A stretch of DNA of 61,916 bases, counting the filler, from Nemertoderma westbladi (Eukaryota > Animalia > Xenacoelomorpha): NCBI GenBank assembly GCA_032718475.1. It is 2 parts of 2 records of this genome, joined end to end, with 100 filler letters (N's around TTAATTAATTAA, not from the genome) between each part and the next. Parts side by side here need not be neighbours in the genome. Positions count along the whole stretch, not along the records: positions 30,877 to 61,916 come from JAUCBJ010000316.1; 1 more part is not named here. The stretch is one strand, 5' to 3'. Of this stretch, positions 50,970 to 61,916 are shown in pieces. Positions within the stretch are counted from its first letter, which is position 1; the number at the start of each line of letters is the position of its first letter. The position numbers and the translations under genes were made by a program. The notes beneath the pieces were generated by a model. The model worked only from the letters and a program-made list of their open reading frames with translations. It was not told where the DNA came from and did no database searches.

Positions 50970-52488
50970 GGTAATGGTGAAAAATATCGAGACTTGAAAA
51001 ATATCGAGAGTAAAAATAACGAGAGTAAAAATATCGAGAGTAAAAATAACGAGTGTTGAAAGTTAACGTGATTAAAAAATATCGAGAGTAAAAATAACAC
51101 GAGATGAAAAATATCGAAAATAACGAGTGTTGAAAAATATCGAGTGTTGAAAAATATCGAGAGTAAAAATATCGAGTGTTGAAAAATATCGAGAGTAAAA
51201 ATATCGAGTGTTGAAAAATATCGAGAGTAAAAATATCGAGTGTTGAAAAATATCGAGAGTAAAAATATCGAGTGTTGAAAAATATCGAGAGTAAAAATAT
51301 CGAGTGTTGAAAAATATCGAGAGTAAAAATATCGAGTGTTGAAAAATATCGAGAGTAAAAATATCGAGTGTTGAAAAATATCGAGAGTAAAAATATCGAG
51401 AGTAAAAATATCGGGTGTTGAAAAATATCGAGAGTAAAAATATCGAGAGTAAAAATATCGAGTGTTGAAAAATATCGAGAGTAAAAATATCGAGTGTTGA
51501 AAAATATCGAGTGTTGAAAAATATCGAGAGTAAAAATATTGCATTTTGCTTGAGCATTTTATTTAGAATTATGGAACAATATTGCAGTGCATGGGTTACA
51601 ACAGTGCAAGTGCAAGTGAATGGCATTATGTAATACACCTTGGGTACCCATTTACCAGATTTATTATACTAGCTAGTTTTTGCTATTTTTTTAATAAATA
51701 TTATAAAAGAAGTGCTAGCTATAAATTTTGATAAATATTATAAATATTGTTAAATATTATATTAGAACACGTATAAGCTACCAAATGTTGATAAATATTG
51801 TTGTTCTAGAACATTTTTAGTAAAAAAAATTATCATACAACCCTTATTTAAAAAAATTGTTACTATCGATACTTTTACTCTCGATATTTTTCAACATTCT
51901 ATATTTTTTCCAACACTCGATATTTTTCAATATTTTTCAACACTCGATATTTTTCAACACTCGATATTTTTCAACACTCGATATTTTTCAACACTCGATA
52001 TTTTTCAACACTCGATATTTTTCAACACTCGATATTTTTACTCTCGATATTTTTCAACACTCGATATTTTTACTCTCGATATTTTTCAACACTCGATATT
52101 TTTACTCTCGATAATTTTCAACACTCGATATTTTTACTCTCGATATTTTTCAACACTCGATATTTTTACTCTCGATATTTTTCAACACTCGATATTTTTA
52201 CTCTCGATGTTTTTCAACACTCGATATTTTTACTCTCGATATTTTTCAACACTCGATATTTTTACTCTCGATATTTTTCAACACTCGATATTTTTACTCT
52301 CGATATTTTTACTCTCGATATTTTTCAACACTCGGTATTTTTACTCTCGATATTTTTACCCTCGATATTTTTACTCTCGATATTTTTTGAACTCTCGATA
52401 TTATCGTTATTTTTCAACACTCGATGTTTTTACTCGCGTTATTTTTACTCTCGATATTTTTCATGTCTCGATATTTTTCAATATAACC
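50970..52488. mobile_element. Foldback-like element with satellite TIRs (GG..CC termini, 8-bp TSD)
   Basis: Left arm (AAAAATATCGAGAGT/AAAAATATCGAGTGTTG)n, right arm its reverse complement. TSD GACTGATG at 50962-50969 and 52489-52496. Confidence 0.9.
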
Positions 52489-53999
52489 GACTGATGACTC
52501 ACCTTCTCCCAACTTCTACTACAGTATCTCATACTACATTTCATTAGGATTAATTGCTTCACAGCACAGAAGCAAAAAATAAGATCAATAATAATATAAC
52601 ATTACAGTACTTTAGAGTTATATACTACCACTGGTCGATCGAACTCGGACATACAACAAAGATATGAGACGACATACAGTAATATACTACAGTAGTATAC
52701 ACTGTGATATACATACAACTCTAATCATATACAATCTACATTATCTATTGTTATAACAAATATAATAATTTACAGTTCGGCTTCTCTCTGTGTATTTTTT
52801 GACACACTATATTTTTTGCGCATTATCACCTATATAGCAGCCAGCTGACAGTCCCGTCTCACAAAAAATAACTACACAACAGCTAGTCAGTGTCGGAAGG
52901 GTGTAAACGTTACGTCTACAGCAGACCACCGACTATCGACAGCACACAATAGTCAATTTATAGTAGCAGACAACCAAAGTAAATAACCGACAGCAGCCAA
53001 CCGACATATGACAACCGACAGAAGTCAACCATCATCAAAAAACCGTCACCTGACAGCAGAAAACCGAGAGCAAGCAACAGACAACCGACACTCACAAAGA
53101 CAGCATACAAACACAGCCGACAGCAGACAAGTGACAACATATATATAAGCGATATAAAATACTTTAAGGATAAATTTAAAAATGACAAATTCTACATATG
53201 TGGCTGTGAAAGCGAAAAGGTACCTTAAGGTGAAAATGAGGTTTTTGAGTTAGATATTGCATGTGATTGGCCAACATCTCAGCTCTCTAATGAGCTATAA
53301 ATCATCCTGATTGGATGAGTACATCAAGAGTTATTAGAATTTAAGTATTGGCAAGACAACCAGATGGAAAATATACTATTATGAGTAAATCGCGTTTAAA
53401 ATTTTTGTTGTACAGTATTTTAATAGTCGTGGGATTACTTACAAAATATCTTGAAAGTGAGTTTGCTAAATTGGAGTGAGGCGGGGGTTGTGTTGTGATG
53501 TTAAGGCTTGAGGGGCAAAATGTGTAACAGGAATGTGCATTAGCAAACTAATGAACAACTATGCGGCCTTTTTTTTCTAGCAAGGACTTCGAGCAGCACG
53601 TGAACAACTATGCTGGGTTTCTATCTAGTCTGGGACTCCGAGCAGTACATGAACAACTAAGAGACCGATTGACAAGCAAACATATTGAAAATAACTGGAA
53701 GATAGTTTTCTATTGGAATAATAAGGCATATAAATTAATTTATAAGAGTAAATCTACATAGAACAACATAATATCTATCGGGAATGAAATTTAAATTTCA
53801 AAACTTCTGACTACCCTCAATCAAAGCTGACTATCTCCAAAACTAAGCTAGCTGTTAACATACCGTGTGGGGTGCCGTGTTTGGTTTCTTGTAATTGTTG
53901 AAAAATAAAAAGACAATACTTCAGAGTTGTAAAATTTACTAATGTTTTAGATGTCAGTATTTTAGAATTTAAAATTTTTCCTGTGGATTTCGTCTAGTC

Positions 54000-56948
54000 T
54001 GTTAGAATTTAGCGAAACAGACATGAAGTAAAATATTTTGGATTTATTTTTTAAATTTGAATACAATAAGGTAGAGTGAGGGAAGGATATAGTAAAGGAT
54101 TTTTTGAGTATATGGAATTAGTGGAGACCTATTATATTTGAGAGAACAGTAATTTTTTGTAAGTTCGGGAAAATGAAACTTTGGATTTCTTTTCCCGATA
54201 TACATAGGCATAGGGTGGGATGACATTCCAGATCAGGGGGCCTTGGAAGCTTACGGATTGTTGGGTAGACGTGAGTCGGGCAGTTTGTGTGTAATAATCA
54301 CCGCGAGAGGAAGAGCGTGTAGGGGACCTGTGTGTTGATTCAGTTTTTCTAAAAAAATTTCCTATATCAGTAATACTGGATAGAGAGTTATTTATGTCAT
54401 ACATGAAGAGCGCTAGTTGATGTTTATATAGTAGATTAAGAGGTAGAATGTGAAGTGTTTTGTAAATGGGATTTGAAGAGGCTTTGATATTGAGAAGATG
54501 TTATGCATCTGATTAATTTATTTACTTGAGTACGAAGCGGTTTTATTATAGTAGAGTACGTACTCCCCCACAGAATTAGTCCATAGGATAGGTAGGGGTG
54601 TATCAAAGTAAAGTACAGCTGACGTAGAATATTCAGAGGAAAAATATGGCGCAACCTATAAAAAATGCTTGAAGTTCTAGAAATTTTCTTAGTAATATAT
54701 TTTATGTGAGGTTTCCATGAGAGTTTATTGTCTACATAGATGCCTAAGAATTTTGTACATTGGGATTTTTTTACATTATTGGAATTTATTTTTATTGGAG
54801 GTAAATTATCTAAATTATGCCGGTAGTGCGTACAGATAGTATATTCAGTTTTGGAAAGATTTAGAGAGAGGCGATTACCGATCAACCAATCAGACAGCTT
54901 GTTCAATTCTATATTAGTATCAGTAATTAGGTTCTTTATATTGTTTACTGACTGAAAGAGTGTCGTATCGTCGGCAAAGAGAGTAGTTAATAGGTTAGTA
55001 CATTTAGGTAGGTCATTAATATATAGAAGGAATAGTAATGGTGACAGAACCCCGCCTTGCGGCACACCACAGGTTAGAGGTAGAAGGGATGAATGACGAT
55101 TAGAGATAGAAACAAATTGGAGTCTAGATGATAAAAAACTAGTTATTAATTGTAAGGGGATGCCGCGAATACCGTAACATTCAAGTTTTTTGAGAAGAAT
55201 CTCGTGATTGATGGTGTCAAAAGCTTTTTTCAGGTCTATGTAAATGGCGCATGTTGAGTTCTTATCGTCTAATGCCTGATGGATTTTTTCAACTACAGAA
55301 AGTAATGCATGAGATGTTGAGATTTTATGACGGAAACCATATTGGGAGGATGAGAGAATTGAGAATTTATTGAGATATGAAAGTAACTGTGAATTGGTTA
55401 TTTGTTCTATTATTTTACTAAGGACAGGCAAAAGGGATATGGGTCTATAATTGTTTGGATCGGATGGGTCTTCAGATTTGAAAGATGGGATAATTTTCGC
55501 AATTTTAAGTGAGTCTGGAAAAAAGCCGAGAGAGATGGAGAGGTTTATTAAGTAATTGAGATGTATAGAAATAGGTTGAGCTGCTAACATTATAAGTTTA
55601 GTTGGAAGAGTATCGTTAGAAGCGGATTTAGGATTGAGATGAAGAAGGTAGTATTGCACTTCTACAGGTGAAGTTTCTACTAATGAAAGAGAGTTAGAAT
55701 GTCTGTTAGAGTGTTGGATATGGCGCAGTGGGGAGCGGTTTGATGAAGGGATTTTGTTATTAAGTAGTGGTCCTATCGTAGCGAAATGATTATTTAGAAT
55801 AGTTGCGATTCTGGAAGGATCTGTGATAGTTTCTATTGCGTTTTCTGATCGAACTGTTAACTGACGTGGAATGTTTAATTTCTTAGATTTAGATATAGCA
55901 GAGTTTATAATCAACCATGTTTTTTTTATATTGTTTGAGTTCTCTTGAAATTGTTTATGGTAGTATAGTTTTCTGCTGAACGTAGTGAAGATGTTAATTG
56001 ATTACGGTACTTTTTAAATATTGAGTGGTTTGATTCTGTTGGGTTTTTTAAGTACTTCCGGTATAACTTATTTTTTTGTATGGTACTGGATACAAGAGAT
56101 TCAGTCATCCAAGGTTTATCGGGCATTTTTCGAGGTGATACCTTTTTTTTCTGAACATGTTTTTCACAAATTTTTTTAAAATCTTTATATAAAATATCAA
56201 ATTTGTCAGTTTTTTTAATTTTATTCGATGTATATGACCAACTCGAAGCCGATTGAATATCTTTAAGAAAACTTTCTTTGTTAAATTTGGAGAAATCAAA
56301 AATTGTATTTTGCTCTGGTTTTTTGAAAAAACAAGAATAGTTATGAAAAAGTGTGAAGGTTGGTTGATGATCTGATGTACCAATTTTAACGTTTCAGACG
56401 TGGTTGTGGAAGTTGTAATGTTTGTAAAAATGTGATCTATAAAGGGATTCGGTCCAGGGAGTGGCTCGCGTAGGTGCGTTTATTAATTGTACGAAGCCGT
56501 AAGTATTTAATAGGTTAATGTATTCATGGGGTTTGTCTTTAGGGTCTAGTAAGTCTACATTAGTGTCGCCAGTAATTATTACGTAGTAGTTAGAAAAAAT
56601 CGTCACGTTTAATTGTTTCCGGTCGGTAGATAGTGCCTATAATTAGGGGTTTAGTTCGAAGACGGGATATCGCTATCCATGAGCTTTCAAGGCCGCCGAT
56701 ACCTAGATCAACCCTCTCTATAAAAGTTAAGGAGTCCTTAACGTAAATAGCTGTTCCCCCGATCAAGTTTGCCGTATTTTCTGTTATCAAGATATGGTCC
56801 TTGATAACCATTTAATTTTATTAAGTTTATGGGGGAATTGTTAGTTAAAAAAAGTTTCGGAGAATGTTAATATATCAAATTTTTGGTTTAGAGTAAATAT
56901 AAAGTCAGTAGTAGAGGCTAAATTTTTGTTTAGACTTCTGCAAATAAG
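54000..56948 (-). mobile_element. L2/Crack-group LINE ORF2 (APE + RT), frameshifted
   Basis: GGTAIYVK, IIGTIYRP, TGDTNVDLL, NAPTR, KPWMT, YRPISLLP, DLKKAFD, GVPQG, FADDT, KFLG, FQGPLIWN. Main RT ORF is 54436-55914. Confidence 0.92.
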
Positions 56949-57282
56949 GTGTTGGTTGTTTACTGTCTGTTGTCGTTTGTTTGCTGTCGGTTGTCTGCTG
57001 TCGGTTATCTGTTGTCGTCTATTTGCTGTCGGTTGTCTGCTGTCGGTTGTTTACTGTCTGCTGTTGGTTATCTGTCGTCGTTTGTTTGCTGTCGGTTGTC
57101 TGTTGTTGGTTGCTTACTGTCTCTTGTCTGCAGTCGGTGTTTGTTTGCTGTCGTTTGTCTGCTTCGTTTGTCTGTGATCTGCTGTCGGTTGTCTGATGTT
57201 GATTTGTGTTCCGTCGGTCGGCTGCTGTCGGTGGTCTGCTGTTGGTTGTCTGCTGGAGGTTGTCGGCGTAAAGTTTACACAC
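56949..57282. repeat. Degenerate (TGTCGGTTGTCTGC)-type repeat; inverted relative at 52900-53140
   Basis: Reverse complement GTGTAAACTTTACG..CAGCAGACCACCGAC matches 52900-52935. Confidence 0.7.
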
Positions 57283-57506
57283 GTGTAGGAATAAGGGGAG
57301 GGGAAGACTTTCCCAAATTTTGGACGTAATTGTTAATAGTTAATATAGAATAACCTTAAAATACCCTTCATAGGACGGACAGATACAGTACGATTGAGAA
57401 CAGTGGCTGCATATTATTGGTATTTATATTTGGGAGGCAATGATGATGTAAATTGCTAGCATAAAAGATATAAGGTAATATTTCCAGGTCTATCTTTTAC
57501 CTGAAC

Positions 57507-57566
57507 CGCTAGAGGAATGGTTATAGCGTCAGACTTCCAACCCGGAGGTCACCAGTTCGATCCCAC
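57507..57566 (+). mobile_element. tRNA-like head (SINE remnant or pseudo-tRNA)
   Basis: A-box-like TAGAGGAATGGT, anticodon-loop-like CTTCCAA, B box GTTCGATCC. No convincing acceptor stem. Confidence 0.55.
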
Positions 57567-58183
57567 ATGAACGATACTGCTGACTTTGATACTGTAAGAA
57601 ATATTACAAAACCATTTAATTAGGCTAAATAAATTTCCGGTCGAGATCGTTGCATCTCCTAAGTTGAACATTTGAAGTAATTTCGAAAAGAACCCGATCG
57701 CATTCCTCGATTTCTATGAAATTTCAGAGCATGAGATAAAATAATGAGATGAGATGAGTTTAATAATTTACAGCCCGCGGCCCAAAATACTTTAATTATC
57801 ACAGGAACAGTTTTGTAATCATTTTTTTGCTTCTCCGACTTTTGCAAACTCGTTCGAACTACTTTACAAAACTCGAGGAAACAAATCTAATTGACTGGAG
57901 TGGTTTCTATACCAACAACACCCAATCAAGTTTGATTCCCCGACTTTGGTGCAAAAGTTAGGAAAACAAAAAATGATTACAAACCGACAAAACTGGCCGG
58001 TCAGGGCCACAATGAGATACACTTAGATATAGTTTTATAATTATAATGTGTCCTTTAATCAGATAAGGGGGTACTTTCAACGCAATAGAAATCCATCCCT
58101 CTCCAGGGGAAATTCGACGCAAATAACAGCTGATTACACTCAAAATAAAACTGTAACCTGTTCTATTGACTTTAGTTTATGGT

Positions 58184-58678
58184 TTTGGTTAGAGTAACGC
58201 GCCATTGTAACCTGTTGTTCCTTTGACCCTTAATTGATAATTTAATATTACTATATCAAGTTACATATATATGTGTATATGTTGAAGGACCTCTTCTCTT
58301 CCTCAAGTACGCCTTGACTGCGAAAAGTATAGAACACCACGTTATTAACTGTTTGGTTAGAGTAACGCGCCATTGTAACCTGTTGTTCCTTTGACCCTTA
58401 ATTGATAATTTAATATTACTATATCAAGTTACATATATATGTGTATGTATTGAAGGACCTCTTCTCTTCCTCAAGTACGCCTTGACTGAGAAAAGTATAG
58501 AACACCACGTTATTAACTGTTTGGTTAGAGTAACGCGCCATTGTAACCTGTTGTTCCTTTGACCCTTAATTGATAATTTAATATTACTATATCAAGTTAC
58601 ATATATATGTGTATGTATTGAAGGACCTCTTCTCTTCGTCAAGTACGCCTTGACTGAGAAAAGTATAGAACACCACGA
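58184..58678. repeat. Three tandem 168-bp repeats
   Basis: Units start at 58184, 58352 and 58520 and are nearly identical. Confidence 0.93.
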
Positions 58679-58765
58679 TATAAAAACTGCTACTTTATGT
58701 AAAATTATTAGACGTCGTAACTGAATAATAGAGGCATCTGCATTGGATAATGGGATGCTACAACT

Positions 58766-59495
58766 ATGGGTCGAAATAAGACAACATCACTATTGGCTCT
58801 TTACATCCTACTAAACATAACCGCTGTCTGCTACAGTAGTTTCACCTGCTATAATGAAGCATTACTAACCTTTAACGCTACAACTGAGAAGCTAGAAAAG
58901 GAGGTAAATGACAAATTTACTGCTCTACAAAATGATAATGAGAAATGGTTAGAATCCAATTCAGTCACCAGAAAACGCCACGACATCAGACACATTGCAC
59001 ACAATTGCACAGAATGTGCCTATTACTTCTATCGAAACATCGCTGTTGATGGTGAGACAGGGGATGAGGTCATGTTTGAGGGTCTCCTGGAACAATGCGT
59101 AAGGAATGAGAGCGAATCACCCGGGCGTAGATTCTGCCTAGCTCTGGATGAAGATCAGATGTCCAGCCTTTATACAACAGTATGAAGAAGGGTTTAAAAT
59201 TAACCAGAAGAGTTACGAGGACGTGGAAACAGACCAGGATGGTTTCATGAGAGTTATGTTTATTATTAGAGACCATATGCTACACGGGTTCACAGAGAAG
59301 CACATATCGTGCCAGATAAACTGTTGCCCCGGTGAGTGTCCTCATCCAATCTGGGAGCTGGAGGCGAACCTAGCTACAACTACCAGGGTGGAGGAAGGAA
59401 CCACAACATTCGAGACGACAGAAAGCAATTCAGTTGTTGCTACTCCGGTAATTCAAATGGTTTTGGTGGTGGCAATATTTACTGGAATATTCTAG
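58766..59495 (+). CDS. Secreted, probably GPI-anchored three-finger (Ly6/uPAR/quiver-like) protein, intronless, frameshift at ~59159
   Basis: Signal peptide then FTCY. Joining the two ORFs gives 10 mature Cys ending SCQINCCPGEC, a Thr-rich stalk and a hydrophobic C-terminus after ESNS. Confidence 0.65.
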
Positions 59496-59997
59496 AATTA
59501 TAATCGAATTTGTGCGGTCAACGCTAATATTATACTACAGTACAGTAGGAAAATACGATATGGGAGGGGTGAGGGTGAGGGTGTGGGGGGGGGGGGGGAA
59601 TGAAAATGTAACTATTAAATCTGGTTTATTGTTTTGGTTTGAATAACCTGTCACTGTAACCTGTTAAGTTCATTTAGTTGAAGTTGATAATTAAATAGTT
59701 GGATTTGACCATATAATAAATATACTGCGGGTCGATTGATGTATGCTACAGATGTGGCGAGCCATGTAGTAAGGCGAGTCCCATCTTACTACACCCCCCC
59801 CCCCCCCCCCCCCCCGCCCTGTCTTAGTTGGTCTCCACTCAGTTAGTAGACTTTGCTGCACGCACCCAACCACAAGCCAAGCAAACCCTTTTAAGTAAAG
59901 TTTCGTTAAGCTTGTTATAATTAACATATAATTAAACCATGTCCTGGAATATAGTGTCGTTATTCAGGTACCAGCCCCCCGTTATTCAGGCACTATT

Positions 59998-60980
59998 TGT
60001 ATCCCCCCCCCCCCCCCCCCCAAAAAAAAAAAATTTTACAAATTAAAATGAGATTGCATGAAATTTGAAACAGAGATAATTTCACCTCCCTTCTCCTTGC
60101 TGGGTGAGCCAGAATTTATATTTTCGCTACAAGCGTTTGAAAAAGGTGTCTCCGTCGATATTGCACCAGTTACACCGCAGTTATTCTTCAAACATTTAGT
60201 GATTTGTTAGTACTAGTGGAAAGCTGACCGTGCAAGGATTCCAAATATGTAAAAATATTTTAATTTGGTTGGGAAATAGCTGAGATATGGGCATTCGAAT
60301 TTTACATGTATTTGCTTCCGATGCAGGCCATTTATTCTATTATTAAATACACAACGTTCTAGAACATTTTGTTTATCTCATAAGTAGCTTGGCACCAATG
60401 CAATGCCTACATGATAATACAATATAGTATCATGAAACTAAATCAATTAGCACAATAATTAATTAGTAAGGACGCCAGACAATAACATTTCACCAAAGTT
60501 CCACTCAACAGTTTCTCCACCGCCGTTCACCGCCGCTCACCACCGCCGTTCTACATGATAATACTAGTATATGGATATTCATACATAATCAAAATGTTCT
60601 AGAACATTGTGTATTTATTTAATAGAATAAATGGCCCGCAGCGGAAGCAAAGACATGCAAAATTCGAATGCCCATATATCAGCTATTCCCCAACCAAATT
60701 CAAATAATTTTACACATTTGGAATCCTTGCACGGTCAGCTTTCCACTAGTACCAACAAATCACTAAATGTTTGAAGAATAACTGCGGTGTAACTGGTGCA
60801 ATATCGACGGAGACACCTTTTTCAAACGCTTTAGCTAAAGAATGAAAGCGAAAATAAAAATTCTGGCTCACCCAGTCAGTGGTCGGGAGGTGAAACTACA
60901 GTATCTCTGTTTCAAATTTCATGCAATCTCATTAAGATTTGTAAAAAAAATTGGGGGGGGGGGGGGGGGGGGGGGGTACA
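59998..60980. mobile_element. ~1-kb palindromic (foldback/MITE) element
   Basis: About 59998-60420 is the reverse complement of about 60550-60980, bounded by C and G homopolymers. Confidence 0.85.
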
Positions 60981-61537
60981 CCATTTTCGGACAACTCTTC
61001 GATTTATCACTCTCTGCGTTTCAAAATTGTTCAAAATTTTGAACCTAATCACATGAAAGTTTTTTTATATGATAGATCAAAGATGGGGCAACATAACTAT
61101 CAGGCGAAATTTTGTTAAAATAATTCTGCACCGCTAGGTGGCGCTGCAAATTTATACAAATTTTTAGGTTTTTTATAAATAGTATTAAATTTTATTAACA
61201 AAAAATTTCGAAAAGTTGCCTGATACTTTTATGCAGGGTGGCTATCTAGACACCCACAGGAAGTTTCAGACTAATTACTCAAAAATTGTAGAAGTAGTAG
61301 GGTTTTGAAGTTGACAATTTTATGAAAAAAATATTTGGAGATAATCGACCTTTCATTATACATAGTAATAGTAATTTCAATAGGATTCCGTAAATGGAAA
61401 TTTACATAACTTGAAAACGAAAAGAGCTATTAAATAGCGGTTTTCAGATTTGGAAACACCATTCAATGGTGCATTACAATAGACCATAAAAAAAATTTCG
61501 ACATATTTTGGAACAAAATGGTGTACCCCCCTCTTAA
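60970..61537. mobile_element. TIR element ending in TTAA (Kolobok-like MITE)
   Basis: GGGGGGTACACCATTTT at the left end and AAAATGGTGTACCCCCCTCTTAA at the right end. Confidence 0.55.
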
Positions 61538-61916
61538 AGGCGAACGACCTAGTACAGTACAGTATAACCAAATTATAGGCCTTCACTTAATTATCTACCG
61601 GTGTCACAGGTGAAAATAATTCAAATAATTAACTCTAATTAATTAAATAATTACAAATTAGAACTCTAAGTGATCAGGAACTAATCTAAGAAATTTTGCG
61701 GAGTTTAGGACATACAATTAGCATAATTAAATTTCGTTATTTCGTTAATTAAATTATATTATGTTTCCTTTGGTATTGATATTATTGGATAAATCTCATT
61801 TGTGTTACTAATCAATTAATATATATAACATATTTAACCTTAATTTCAATCCGATGCGGATTTCATAAATGCTTCAGATGTCATTATTGGATAAATATAA
61901 ATATGACTGGACGAAA

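Noticed and set aside
50873-52494. Repetitive ORFs (STLDIFQHSIF) or CRISPR-like array
   Set aside because: These are the satellite TIRs of a foldback element with a TSD.
56926-57329. Cys/Leu/Val-rich ORFs
   Set aside because: They are translations of a degenerate simple repeat.

Overview
Repeat-rich animal (invertebrate-like) genomic DNA. It is two contigs joined by an artificial 100-bp linker (N44-TTAATTAATTAA-N44, 30777-30876). Left contig: two phase-compatible cortactin/HS1-repeat exons (2740-2980 and 30643 to the gap) bracket about 27.7 kb. That interval holds two intact, intronless, same-strand genes (MITF/TFEB-family bHLH-ZIP and isovaleryl-CoA dehydrogenase). It also holds nested transposons: an AcademX element inserted into the TIR of a 5-bp-TSD DNA element, a Nin/Deu-type SINE, hAT and other MITEs, HINE-like elements and LINE fragments. 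Right contig: an orphan ORF that appears to carry PC4-like domains, a full-length but mutated 16.3-kb BEL/Pao LTR retrotransposon (TG..CA LTRs, CTGGC TSD), a satellite-armed foldback element, an L2-group LINE and a frameshifted GPI-anchored three-finger-like gene. The best candidate for an undescribed system is the BEL/Pao element. It has no tRNA-type primer-binding site; instead an 11-nt LTR-adjacent site is perfectly complementary to a sequence inside the LTR (Tf1-like self-priming geometry). It also has a 1.8-kb structured spacer with a duplicated covarying stem-loop, and an extra non-env ORF of about 730 aa between pol and the 3' LTR. All calls were made by eye; no searches or folding programs were run.
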